Of a stretch of DNA of 64,000 bases, positions 19,628-29,546 are shown one piece after another. A model generated the notes under the pieces. It made no database searches. It had not been told where the DNA came from and saw only the letters and a list, made by a program, of their open reading frames with translations. This DNA comes from an uncultured Candidatus Saccharibacteria bacterium. GTDB lineage: Bacteria; Patescibacteriota; WWE3; UBA101185; UBA10185. The stretch lies in the NCBI GenBank assembly GCA_964387275.1, contig CAYLVW010000003.1, positions 45,796 to 109,795 on the forward strand, written 5' to 3'. Made by a program: the position numbers and the translations under genes. Numbering within the stretch: the stretch's first letter is position 1; each line of letters opens with the position of its first letter.

Positions 19628-20521
19628 TTATTGGATCTGAGCCCCGTTGTTAAAAACTGCGAAATCAAACATTGCGGGCAAGAAGTTGTACGATCTAAAC
19701 ACAGTTACTATTTTCGTAGCTGAAACATTGCTACTACTACTTAACTCACCTGTAGATTCAATCATGTAACCTTGGTAGGGAAGAGTGGCGCCTGCCGCAA
19801 ACCTAACATCTGCGTCAGCTCCAACGACCCTAACTCTTAAACCAACTACGTTATTTAACCCATTTATCGTTACGGCACTTTCAGTACCACTATTTGTGGC
19901 AGTAACACTACCTCCCACTGTACTAAACACACCACAACCTGTATATGGACAGTATAGGGATTTTAAAAGAGGGGAATTACCACTATTACCATAACCAAGC
20001 ACATAAATTGCAGGCTGTGTAGAACCTCCATCTGTTGCTCTCCAATACATCTGAATATTACCTCCTGAGTACCCATTGAGGTTCAATTCGTAAACTTCAT
20101 CTTTTTTTACCTTAACAGTAAAGTCGTTGCCGTTTGGGTAATTTGCTACTTTCACATATGCGGTAGCATCAATATTATCGCTACCTGTACCTGTAAAAGA
20201 CAGGGTACATGCGTTTCTACCAGACCCTACAAACCCTGCGTCACTTCCAGCTTGCTGGCATTTAGCCAAATCTGGGTTAGAAGTCAGAGCCCCAAGTTGG
20301 GTATCGTTAAGCCCCAAGTATCTCTCAGCCCCTCCCTCAGCAACAGCTGTAACTCTATAAGAAGTGTCAGTCTGACTTATTCTAGATATCGAAGATAGAT
20401 TTCTGAGCGAAATACTTGTAACAATAGCAAGAGCTACAGTAAGACTCACAATAACAAACAGTAAAGCCTGGCCAGACTGATTAGTTAAAATATAAGTTTT
20501 GTTAACAAATTTTCTATACAT
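19628..20521 (-). CDS. PilX-like minor pilin, cassette copy B
   Basis: SG|QALLFVIVSLTVALA...VAEGGAERYL. Confidence 0.75.
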   Translation of the reverse strand: MYRKFVNKTYILTNQSGQALLFVIVSLTVALAIVTSISLRNLSSISRISQTDTSYRVTAVAEGGAERYLGLNDTQLGALTSNPDLAKCQQAGSDAGFVGSGRNACTLSFTGTGSDNIDATAYVKVANYPNGNDFTVKVKKDEVYELNLNGYSGGNIQMYWRATDGGSTQPAIYVLGYGNSGNSPLLKSLYCPYTGCGVFSTVGGSVTATNSGTESAVTINGLNNVVGLRVRVVGADADVRFAAGATLPYQGYMIESTGELSSSSNVSATKIVTVFRSYNFLPAMFDFAVFNNGAQIQ

Positions 20522-20523
20522 AA

Positions 20524-23283
20524 TTAATTTCCATAATACCAACTAATATTATTTACAAATACTCCGGTGTTATTTGAATTTGAGGAAGCTCTTTCAGCTG
20601 CAGTCATAGTTGATAAATATTGGGTGGAGTACTGCACAACAGTAGAGGGTATAGTATTTGTATTTATTCTGTTCCTTTTAAAGTGAACTCTGCTGTTAGA
20701 TACCAAAAACCCCGAGACATTAAGTGTAGTATCAGGAGTTGGACTACCCTGAGTTTCAACTATCACTTGATTACTACCAACAGCCATAAACCCACCCTGC
20801 ATATTCTGGGTAACACCGTCCCCACCAACCACAGGTGCAAAGATAGCATCACGTAAAAACACAAACACCACACGCTCGTTTGCACTAGAAGAAAGAATGT
20901 TTTTTGTGATATTTAGGCTTGAGGAATCACCAACATAAATAGTAACCACAGAATTAGCGTTATTGATATTGTAGGTAACAGTTCCAGACGAACCACCTGC
21001 CCAAGAATTAAATATTGCAGATGGAGCAAAATAACATCTATTTGAATCCAAATTACTAAAAGTAGAAACATTGGATATTGTGTTAGCAGAACAGGCAGAA
21101 GGCACTGAAGTTGTATAGGAGGCTGGCCATAAATTCATGGCTGCAGAATCAGATGCGTCATAAAAACCACCCGTTGATTCATATAAAGTAGAACCGGACG
21201 GAGACACGGAAGCATTAGAATGGAAATACCCACTGCCACCCACACTATCTTTGTCTGCAAGTACAAATCTTTCAAAGGATGGATTAACAATATTTGGAAG
21301 GGCCATGTTCATGCCACCATTTGAAAAAACGTCCCCTTCATAAACAGTAATCCAAGAAGTTGGTGGGGAAGCAATAAATCCAAGTCTCCATGTGCTAACA
21401 CTTGCGTTAATCGTTTGGGAAGGGGATAAAGTAATGCAGTTTCCTGCTGAGATTGTATGCTCATTACCATTGCCTGAAATACCATCTAAGTCGACACAAC
21501 TTAAGGCATAGTTATTACCTGCATTAGGGGATAATGTAGCACATACTTGATTTGCATTGGTACCACTCGTAATATTAGGAACCGACCAATTTGTCCCAGC
21601 TATACTACCTGTAAAAGTTCCATTAACTGAAACGTTTCCTGAGTTGCCATTTGTTGCACCACTGGTATCAGCTACACAAGCAGTGGTTGTTACAAATGTT
21701 GTTCCAGAAACTGTTCTGGAAGGAGGATTTAGGGTCACAGTCACAACATCGTTAGCAGTCGCAAAATTACTTCCGGCATTTCTATCGCATCTCTGATAGG
21801 ATAAAAGACTACTTGCTGCCCAACTCCTTCCTTGACCATCGCCATTACACACTCCCACATTATCACTTACTTTAACAAGTACCTGATATGTACCAGGTAC
21901 CGAGGTTGCTGTATTCCATGTAGCGTTATTTAAAGTACAAGAAGGAGACCCTGCAGCACAACTAGCTGTACCAAAATCAACAAAACCTGTAGCTAGGGAA
22001 TATCTGGTAGCTGTTACAAAGGCAGCATAGTTTGGTGCATATGTGTCGTCAAGGTTTGAATCAGTTCCATTGGCATTCAATTGAATTACATCCCCCACTT
22101 GAGCTGTAATTGTTCTTGTAGATTGAGCAACACCATTTACCCGAACTGCGTTTGTATCAATCCAGCCTCTAGGTAACACATTTAGGTAAATATTGTATCT
22201 GTCATAAGAGGTGCCATTTCTATCACATCTGGTCCAAGGTTCCTGAAACGGACTGGTCCAAGCAGTGTAGGCGTTACCTGAGCACTGGTAACCACTTCTA
22301 TCGTACACATTTACAACTGCCTGCCATCTCGATCCGGAAATTAAGTCTCCCATAATTGGAGACCACTGATTAGTTGAGACGCTACAACTTGCACTATTAG
22401 CAGGGCAAGCTGGTACACCCCATCCAACCCAGCCCCCGGTGTAATCTGAACAATTGCCGTTAGTAGAATTACAGGCCCTTCTAAAAGCCCATACGTTTGC
22501 TAATCCGTTGTAAGTAGTACCTGGGTGAGGATCAATACCGCTTACTGTTAATTGAATCGGTGCTTCAGCAGAATTTATGTCATCTCTTATGGTAATAAAA
22601 GTGTCTCTTATATCACCACCTGTGGGATCTGCGGGATTATAAATCATACCAGTAGGTGGAGTAGCTTTATGCAAATTACCTATAACACTACCGCAGTACG
22701 ATCCCCCAGCATATGCTGAGGCATTCATATAAGCGTCTACAAAAATCCTTGTATCTGGTTGGTGTGTTGAATGCAGTTCAAGTTGATCAGTAACTCTCCA
22801 AACCCCACCCCCAACATCAGTGGCAGGAAGTATTCTTTCGTCATCTTTATTATTTAATGGTGACCAGATATGAAACCAAACACTGGATGCGTTAGACACA
22901 CCATTTGCTTGGACAGTAAAGTTTCCTGCATCCTGGTTAAAATTTACCTGAGGCGCTGTGACACTAGTACAAGAAGGTCCGGCAGCGCCAAGATCTACAG
23001 TATACTTTCCCGAGGTACCATAGGGACAAGACTCATCACAAATAGCCCCATAGAAAGGATGTGAAGCAACACTACAATGAGAACCGGAGCCATATGTAGA
23101 GGAGTACCAACAAGAAACAGCGTTACAAGAGTCACATCTATAGGATCTTCCTGCGTTTGTCCATGTATCGCCAGGATTCCTACCTTGGCAAGTATCACAA
23201 GCAAATGAAACTCTCGGTACAACCACATTTACTAAAACAAGTGCAACTACTATAAAAAGATAACTAAAGTGCTGCCTATTCAT
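20524..23283 (-). CDS. Large secreted Cys-rich protein, putative pilus-tip adhesin, copy B
   Basis: Signal ending VSFA|C; colinear paralog of 16161-18902. Confidence 0.65.
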   Translation of the reverse strand: MNRQHFSYLFIVVALVLVNVVVPRVSFACDTCQGRNPGDTWTNAGRSYRCDSCNAVSCWYSSTYGSGSHCSVASHPFYGAICDESCPYGTSGKYTVDLGAAGPSCTSVTAPQVNFNQDAGNFTVQANGVSNASSVWFHIWSPLNNKDDERILPATDVGGGVWRVTDQLELHSTHQPDTRIFVDAYMNASAYAGGSYCGSVIGNLHKATPPTGMIYNPADPTGGDIRDTFITIRDDINSAEAPIQLTVSGIDPHPGTTYNGLANVWAFRRACNSTNGNCSDYTGGWVGWGVPACPANSASCSVSTNQWSPIMGDLISGSRWQAVVNVYDRSGYQCSGNAYTAWTSPFQEPWTRCDRNGTSYDRYNIYLNVLPRGWIDTNAVRVNGVAQSTRTITAQVGDVIQLNANGTDSNLDDTYAPNYAAFVTATRYSLATGFVDFGTASCAAGSPSCTLNNATWNTATSVPGTYQVLVKVSDNVGVCNGDGQGRSWAASSLLSYQRCDRNAGSNFATANDVVTVTLNPPSRTVSGTTFVTTTACVADTSGATNGNSGNVSVNGTFTGSIAGTNWSVPNITSGTNANQVCATLSPNAGNNYALSCVDLDGISGNGNEHTISAGNCITLSPSQTINASVSTWRLGFIASPPTSWITVYEGDVFSNGGMNMALPNIVNPSFERFVLADKDSVGGSGYFHSNASVSPSGSTLYESTGGFYDASDSAAMNLWPASYTTSVPSACSANTISNVSTFSNLDSNRCYFAPSAIFNSWAGGSSGTVTYNINNANSVVTIYVGDSSSLNITKNILSSSANERVVFVFLRDAIFAPVVGGDGVTQNMQGGFMAVGSNQVIVETQGSPTPDTTLNVSGFLVSNSRVHFKRNRINTNTIPSTVVQYSTQYLSTMTAAERASSNSNNTGVFVNNISWYYGN

Positions 23284-23884
23284 TGAAAAATACTCCAACA
23301 AATTTAACTACTTTCTTGAGTTGATAAGATTGATCGTCATAATATTTTATTGAAACTTGCTTATTTAGAGCTGTTGCTATATCAGACGCAAATACTTTCG
23401 TTAAAACAGGAACTTCGGAATTAGTATTGGCAGACAAAACAAGAACTCTATTGGAAGAAGTGCTAGTTTCAAATGAAACTCTAAGCAGGTAATCAGAAAA
23501 ACTATATGTTCTAAGGGTATATAAGTCACCACTCTCAAGTTTTATATCCATAGTGCCGCTAGTAGAATCTACACCAGTGATTATACCGGTAACCAAAGTT
23601 CCTGCGTCAAGAAGGGAATAAATATCTGTAAGATCATCCTTACGTAAAGAAGGAGAGGTAGAGTTACCGGATTCAAAAGAATTTATAAACTCTCTATCAG
23701 CACCCTCCCCATCAAAAACACCATCTTTAGAATCAGAACCAAAATTATACCCATTAATCTGCACCGGAATAAGACCAAAGTATATAGAACCACCCAAAAG
23801 AGCAACAAAAATGAAAACAAATAATATCACTATCCTAAAACCAATGAAACCTTTAACATTTTCGGCAGAATTTACGTGTTTCAT
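23276..23884 (-). CDS. Membrane-anchored protein with prepilin-like N-terminus, copy B
   Basis: NVKG|FIGFRIVILFVF. Confidence 0.6.
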   Translation of the reverse strand: MKHVNSAENVKGFIGFRIVILFVFIFVALLGGSIYFGLIPVQINGYNFGSDSKDGVFDGEGADREFINSFESGNSTSPSLRKDDLTDIYSLLDAGTLVTGIITGVDSTSGTMDIKLESGDLYTLRTYSFSDYLLRVSFETSTSSNRVLVLSANTNSEVPVLTKVFASDIATALNKQVSIKYYDDQSYQLKKVVKFVGVFFNE

Positions 23885-24786
23885 ATATTCATATAAATTT
23901 TGACTAATTCAACACCAAAAAGCAAGGCTGTAATAGAACCTAAAACTAAAAAGGGTCCAAACGGAATGGTATCTTTTATGGATTTTCTCTTCAAAACAAT
24001 TAATACAAGGCTGTATAAGGCCCCATAGACAAAACCTAGGAAAATAGCAAGAATTGCATATGGAAATCCATTTACAAGTCCTATCAAAAATCCAAGTTTA
24101 AGATCTCCACCACCCATTCCACGACCCTTAGTAAGGATTATTAGTGCTAGAAAGAATAACGAGATAAGAAACGCAGTCAAAAATACTCCTCCCAAATCTA
24201 AGACACTTTCTTTTATCACATCATTAAAATACCCAACTTTAAGCAGGTATTGACCAAAATCATTGTCTGATAGCGCACTATAGATACTAACAAGCCTAAA
24301 ACTAAAATTAGAAATATAATACAAAATAGAAACCACTACTCCTGTATAAATAGCTCCATTTGGAATAATTGTGTATTTAGCATCAGCCAATACAATAACA
24401 ATAAAAATACAAAGTATAAGAAGCAGGTAGGCAAAATTTAGATAAGCGAATGGGGTAGTTACCTTGGTAATAGAAGTTATGACACCAATCAATACAAAAG
24501 CCACACCAGTCAGAGATTCAGAAATTGGGTAGGACATGGATAGCGGGTTGCTACAGTACCTACACCTCCCGCGCAACAAATAAAATGAAACCAAGGGAAG
24601 TAAGTCTCTAGGCGCAAGTGTAGTGTCACACTTGTCACATTTGGACCTACCTCTTACAAATGATTCATTTCTATAGCTTCTGTCAGCAATCACATTCAAA
24701 AAAGAACCTACAAACAAGCCTACAATAAATAAGAACGTATATACAGAAACATCTATAACTAAAGGTAGGGAAGAGTAATCAACCAT
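23881..24786 (-). CDS. pilD: Prepilin peptidase
   Basis: GSFLNV, RSKCDKC...GRCRYC, MGGGDLKL, IPFGPFL. Confidence 0.95.
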   Translation of the reverse strand: MVDYSSLPLVIDVSVYTFLFIVGLFVGSFLNVIADRSYRNESFVRGRSKCDKCDTTLAPRDLLPLVSFYLLRGRCRYCSNPLSMSYPISESLTGVAFVLIGVITSITKVTTPFAYLNFAYLLLILCIFIVIVLADAKYTIIPNGAIYTGVVVSILYYISNFSFRLVSIYSALSDNDFGQYLLKVGYFNDVIKESVLDLGGVFLTAFLISLFFLALIILTKGRGMGGGDLKLGFLIGLVNGFPYAILAIFLGFVYGALYSLVLIVLKRKSIKDTIPFGPFLVLGSITALLFGVELVKIYMNI

Positions 24787-24788
24787 AA

Positions 24789-25319
24789 CTATAATATTAT
24801 TAAAGAGGTGCCAACCTCATAAAATGAATTATCATCTCCACCATCTGTTGTCATCTTTGAAGCATTATCGGGGGATTCTAAAACACCGTTAATTTCAAAA
24901 TTATTTCCATCTGACCCATAAGTGTAAACGTATGTTCCAGAGTTTGTAGGATCAAGAGGTAACACCTGTATGAAATTAGCCAGACCAGCTTTGCCAGAAG
25001 GAACCACAAATTTCACATAGCCTGAACCATCTATACCAATACCACCTAAACTACTACTACAATCAGTACAGCTGGAAGTACTGCTTAATGTAAGCTGTCC
25101 GTCTGCTTGAGCAAGTAGTAGAGCTTTTACTAGGGTGTTCATATCTTCGGTACGCCTTGCATCACGACCTTTGGCCAAAAAATCCCCAGGTTTAAGAACC
25201 GTCAAAAGCAACCCACTCATAATAGAAACAACAGCAATAACAATCATTAACTCTATTAAGGTAAAACCATTTCTGATTTTAAAGTAAGACTTAAAGTAGG
25301 TAGGTAGGTTCATACACAT
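24789..25319 (-). CDS. Type IV pilin (GspG-like), paralog of 12922-13404
   Basis: NG|FTLIELMI, KGRDARR, LPLDP, DGG...EVGT tail. Confidence 0.87.
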   Translation of the reverse strand: MCMNLPTYFKSYFKIRNGFTLIELMIVIAVVSIMSGLLLTVLKPGDFLAKGRDARRTEDMNTLVKALLLAQADGQLTLSSTSSCTDCSSSLGGIGIDGSGYVKFVVPSGKAGLANFIQVLPLDPTNSGTYVYTYGSDGNNFEINGVLESPDNASKMTTDGGDDNSFYEVGTSLIIL

Positions 25320-25320
25320 A

Positions 25321-26529
25321 TTATTGTATAGAACTGGTGATCTTGTATATAGGGGTAATAATTGAAACGATCAAAACACCAACCATAGCTCCAAGCATAA
25401 TTAAGATCAAAGGTTCTAAGGCAGCGGATAACCCCTTAACTGCGTTGTCTGTTTCACCTTCAAAATAATCAGCTACTCTAGTAAGAACTTGATCAATTTG
25501 ACCGGTTTCTTCTCCAACAGATACCATTTGACCAAGTAAAGGAGGGTAAACCTTAGTGTTACTCTTAAAATAATCGGATAAAGAATTACCCTTTTCAACG
25601 GTTTTGGCAGCAACAAGGGTGGCATCACGAAGCTGTTTATTTTGTATAACTTTTCCAACGATATTTAAAGCTTCCACAATTGGTATAGCTGAAGATATTA
25701 ATAACCCAAGAGTTCTGGTAAATTGTGTAATATCCTTTTGCTTATTAATTTTCCCAAAAACCGGTAATCTAAAAGCTACAAAGGAGGCAAAATTCTGACC
25801 GTCTTCAGTACCTAAGTAGTACCTTCCAAAGAAAAAAGCTAATACAACTATACCTATTGCTATATACCAGTAGTTAATCATGAAGTCAGAAATCCCAATC
25901 ATGATTTGGGTTTCTAGGGGAAGTTGAACATTTAGGCTTTTATACATGGACGCAAGCTTGGGAACAACAAGTATCATAAGCAGAACAAAAACACCAACCA
26001 TAGCCAAAAATACAATGGCAGGATAAATCATAGCAGCCTTAAACTTTGCGTCTAGCTCACGTTCTGCTTCCATATTGGTGGCAAGTCTTTTCAAAATTTC
26101 ATCTAACCTACCGGAGGACTCACCAGCTTTAACAAGAGCTTGATAAGTTTGCCCAAAAACTTTTGGGTGACGGGCGAATGCTTCGGATAGGGAAGTACCA
26201 CCTTCCACAGACCTCAAACAATCCAAAATAATACCCTTGAATGTCTTGTTCTGAGTTTGATCTGCCAACACCTCTAAAGCCCTTGATAAAGGAAGTCCAG
26301 CTGAAATCATAGTTGAAAATTGTCTGGTAAAGGCAACGATCTCATTTATGGGAACACCCATTATGCTAAAAACATCATCCAAAAATGAGGAACGTTTTTC
26401 ATTGATTGATATAACAAAAAGCCCTTGGTTCTTAAGCAAGGTTACCGCAATAGACTCGGATCTTGCATCAACAGTACCTGACCTCTTACCTCCTGAAAAA
26501 TCTGTAGCAATATAAGTATATAAAGGCAT
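25321..26529 (-). CDS. pilC: Type IV pilus platform protein PilC (GspF family)
   Basis: FTRQFSTMISAGLPL, AGESSGRL, GEETGQ, LEP. Confidence 0.95.
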   Translation of the reverse strand: MPLYTYIATDFSGGKRSGTVDARSESIAVTLLKNQGLFVISINEKRSSFLDDVFSIMGVPINEIVAFTRQFSTMISAGLPLSRALEVLADQTQNKTFKGIILDCLRSVEGGTSLSEAFARHPKVFGQTYQALVKAGESSGRLDEILKRLATNMEAERELDAKFKAAMIYPAIVFLAMVGVFVLLMILVVPKLASMYKSLNVQLPLETQIMIGISDFMINYWYIAIGIVVLAFFFGRYYLGTEDGQNFASFVAFRLPVFGKINKQKDITQFTRTLGLLISSAIPIVEALNIVGKVIQNKQLRDATLVAAKTVEKGNSLSDYFKSNTKVYPPLLGQMVSVGEETGQIDQVLTRVADYFEGETDNAVKGLSAALEPLILIMLGAMVGVLIVSIITPIYKITSSIQ

Positions 26530-26530
26530 A

Positions 26531-27595
26531 TTATCTTCCTTTTAGAAGCCTCCTAAGTTCGTCCGGTCTAAGTGTCCATTTCATAGCATCGGAAACATCT
26601 ACATTTCCTGAATCCACTAAAGTGGCCAAGCTTCTTTCTAGTGTAACCATACCTTGATTAGCTGCAGTTTGAATAGCATTATCAAGTAAATGAGTTTTTC
26701 CTTCTCTAATTAGATTTCTAACAGCATCTGTCGCTAGCATTATCTCAAGAGCTGGTATAACGCCGCCCTTAGTAGAAGGTATAAGTCTCTGAGATACTAT
26801 AACTTCAAGCACCTGAGATAACTGGACTCGGATCTGATTTTGTTTTGCTTCCGGAAAAGAACTAATAATTCTTTCGACAGACTGAGAAGCAGAATTTGTA
26901 TGTAATGTACCAAACACCAGGTGACCTGTTTCAGCAATCTCTAGAGTTGCAGACATAGTAGCCTCATCCCTCATTTCTCCAATCATAACGACATTTGGAT
27001 CTTGCCTTAGTACTGATTTTAAAGCCACATCCCAGGAGTGGCTATCTATAAACATTTCTCTTTGATCAATAAGTGATTTCTTATTTACGAATGTGTATTC
27101 AATAGGGTCCTCAATAGATACTATGTGCTCGGCTCTATTAGTATTGATGTGATCTATCATGGATGCAATAGTTGTAGATTTACCATGACCAGTAGGACCA
27201 ACTACCAACACCAACCCCTGCTTCATCTCACAAAACTTCTCAACAATTGGAGGTAAACTCAAATCTTTTAGGGTTGGAATTTTCATAGATATAAGCCTCA
27301 TTGCAACAGAAACATAACCCCTTTGGTAAAACGCGTTGACCCTAAATCTTGCCTTAGTACCAAGTGCAACAGAAAAATCTAACTCTTTGTTTACATCAAG
27401 TATGTCTAGCTGCTCTCGCTCAAGAATTTGGGAAAGAAAAAAATCCATGTCCTCTATGGACATAGGATCATAATCAGAAAGTAACTGAAGCTTGGTATTA
27501 ATCCTAACTGTAGGCACCTGACCAATAGCTAAGTGCAAATCTGAGGCATTAAGCTTAAGAACTTGTTCTAATAATTGTGTTACGTTTAATTTCAT
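26531..27595 (-). CDS. pilT: Pilus retraction ATPase PilT
   Basis: GPTGHGKST, EDPIE, LRQDPNV..IGEMRD, TLHTNS, AVRNLIRE. Confidence 0.96.
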   Translation of the reverse strand: MKLNVTQLLEQVLKLNASDLHLAIGQVPTVRINTKLQLLSDYDPMSIEDMDFFLSQILEREQLDILDVNKELDFSVALGTKARFRVNAFYQRGYVSVAMRLISMKIPTLKDLSLPPIVEKFCEMKQGLVLVVGPTGHGKSTTIASMIDHINTNRAEHIVSIEDPIEYTFVNKKSLIDQREMFIDSHSWDVALKSVLRQDPNVVMIGEMRDEATMSATLEIAETGHLVFGTLHTNSASQSVERIISSFPEAKQNQIRVQLSQVLEVIVSQRLIPSTKGGVIPALEIMLATDAVRNLIREGKTHLLDNAIQTAANQGMVTLERSLATLVDSGNVDVSDAMKWTLRPDELRRLLKGR

Positions 27596-27709
27596 GGCAG
27601 TTACTAGATTTGCTAAACATATACTTTGAAAACAAATCTATTGTACTTTCTTACCCTTTCTTAAAAGGATTTATCTATAGGAAGTGGTGCTCCCAACAAA
27701 TAAATCACC

Positions 27710-29473
27710 TTAAGACTTAGCTACCCTCATAACTTCTTCCAAAGTTGTAATACCTTCTAAAACTCTCAAATACCCATCCTGCATTAAGCTTAACATACCT
27801 TCTTCTTGGGCAACACTATCAAGCTTTGTAGCAGAGCTGTTATCAAGAACCAAGTGGCCAATCTGATCTGACATTACTAGTAACTCATAAATACCAAGCC
27901 TACCTTTGTATCCAGTATTGTTACATTTTTCACAACCCTTTCCTTTTTTTACCTTGATTTTGCCGTCTTTATACTTTTTCACAATTCTTGCAATATCAGG
28001 ATCCTTAGTCATAAGAACTTTACTTTTTTCAATGGAAACTAATACTCTTTTAATGCTTTCCTCAATTTCTTCAGGCACATCCTGCTCCTCACCACAATTT
28101 GGACAAACTTTCCTGACTAGTCTCTGGGCTAAAACAGCATTAAGTGTAGATGCCAATAAGAAATTTTCTACTCCCATATCAAGAAGCCTGGGTAAGGCGC
28201 CTGCGGCAGAATTAGTGTGAAGGGTAGATAAAACTAAGTGCCCAGTTAGAGCAGCTTGAACAGCCAAGTTAGCAGTCTCACCATCTCTAATCTCTCCTAC
28301 CATTATTATGTTTGGGTCTTGCCTTAAAAATGATCTAAGGGCAGAAGCAAAAGTAAGTCCTGCTTGAGGGTTAATTTGCACTTGATTAACCCCGGGAACT
28401 CTAATTTCTACAGGATCCTCAGCGGTGACTGTATTAACCCTAACTGTATTTAGCTTGGATAGGGCAGAGGCTAATGTAACAGTTTTACCTGAACCTGTAG
28501 GACCTGTTACTAAAACCATCCCAGTTGGTTTTAAAATTGCTTCTTCTAATCTTCGTAGAGTAAGCCCCCGTAATCCTAAATCTTTAAATGTAAAAACAGC
28601 TCCTTCTTCTTTCAAAAGCCTAATAACTACTTTCTCACCGTAGATAATTGGAAGAGTAGAAACCCTTAAATCAGTTTGAGTATTACCTACCTGAACTTTA
28701 AATCTACCGTCCTGGGGAACACGCTTCTCATCTATCTTCATTTTTGCGAGAATTTTGATTCTAGCTACTACAGATTCTTGCATTTCTTTCGGTAATACTC
28801 TCTTTTCCTCTAAAATTCCGTCAATTCTGTATCTTAGTCTGGTACCTTTTTCTGAAGGCTCTAGGTGTACATCGGATGCACCAGTTTTAACAGCTGTTTC
28901 TAAAATCATTCCAACAATTCTCGCAATCGGAGCATCCCTTATTGTAGCGTCAGTAAGTTCACCAGAATTTTCTTCAAGTTTTAAGGTTGTCTGGTTAATC
29001 TCTTCAAGAGCTGCACTAATTTCCTCGCCAATTGCCTTACCTTTTTCCTCTTCAAGTACCCGTTCTACATCTTTAGGAGTTGTGATATAGGGAACTACTT
29101 TGTAGCCAGTTTTTCTTTCAAGAAATTCAATGGTCTGAAGATCCATAGGATCTACCATTGCGAGAGATAAGCGATCTCCATCAAGGTAGAAGGGAACTAC
29201 ATTGTATTTTTTTGCAACATTAAGTGGAACTAAATCCAAAAGAGCTGGATCAGGTTTTACCGTAGCAAGGTCAACAAATGATATCCCATACATTTCACCA
29301 TAAACTTTTACAAAGTCATCATTACTAACGTAACCTCGTTCTTTTATAATCTGGACGGTATCTTTTCCCGTGTTGGAACGCTCAAATTTTATTGCGGAGA
29401 GCTGATCAGCAGTAAGTAAATGCTTGTCGTAAAGTACATCTTCAATTGATTTTGAATTGTCACTAAAAATCAT
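27710..29473 (-). CDS. pilB: Pilus extension ATPase PilB (GspE family)
   Basis: ASDVHLEP, GPTGSGKT, LRQDPNIIMVGEIRD, CxxC...CxxC zinc motif; start set at ATG 29473. Confidence 0.96.
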   Translation of the reverse strand: MIFSDNSKSIEDVLYDKHLLTADQLSAIKFERSNTGKDTVQIIKERGYVSNDDFVKVYGEMYGISFVDLATVKPDPALLDLVPLNVAKKYNVVPFYLDGDRLSLAMVDPMDLQTIEFLERKTGYKVVPYITTPKDVERVLEEEKGKAIGEEISAALEEINQTTLKLEENSGELTDATIRDAPIARIVGMILETAVKTGASDVHLEPSEKGTRLRYRIDGILEEKRVLPKEMQESVVARIKILAKMKIDEKRVPQDGRFKVQVGNTQTDLRVSTLPIIYGEKVVIRLLKEEGAVFTFKDLGLRGLTLRRLEEAILKPTGMVLVTGPTGSGKTVTLASALSKLNTVRVNTVTAEDPVEIRVPGVNQVQINPQAGLTFASALRSFLRQDPNIIMVGEIRDGETANLAVQAALTGHLVLSTLHTNSAAGALPRLLDMGVENFLLASTLNAVLAQRLVRKVCPNCGEEQDVPEEIEESIKRVLVSIEKSKVLMTKDPDIARIVKKYKDGKIKVKKGKGCEKCNNTGYKGRLGIYELLVMSDQIGHLVLDNSSATKLDSVAQEEGMLSLMQDGYLRVLEGITTLEEVMRVAKS

Positions 29474-29546
29474 AGGGCAGTGTGTGGTGCAAAACCAATG
29501 CAAACGAGTGGTTTGCCCACATTGAAAATAATGATACATTAAAGGA

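Larger units (their letters stand above)
15234..23884 (-). repeat. Diverged tandem duplication of a ~4.3 kb three-gene cassette (15234-19494 and 19628-23884)
   Basis: Same gene order and sizes; e.g. 18417-18526 matches 22777-22886 (offset ~4360) with mostly synonymous changes. Confidence 0.92.

Noticed and set aside
16161-23283. Diversity-generating retroelement TR/VR pair in the duplicated adhesins
   Set aside because: Differences are spread over all bases and are mostly synonymous rather than adenine-specific; no reverse transcriptase in the window
26986-26996. TAACGACATT match to the dif-like arm inside pilT
   Set aside because: Lies within coding sequence with no partner arm; likely chance
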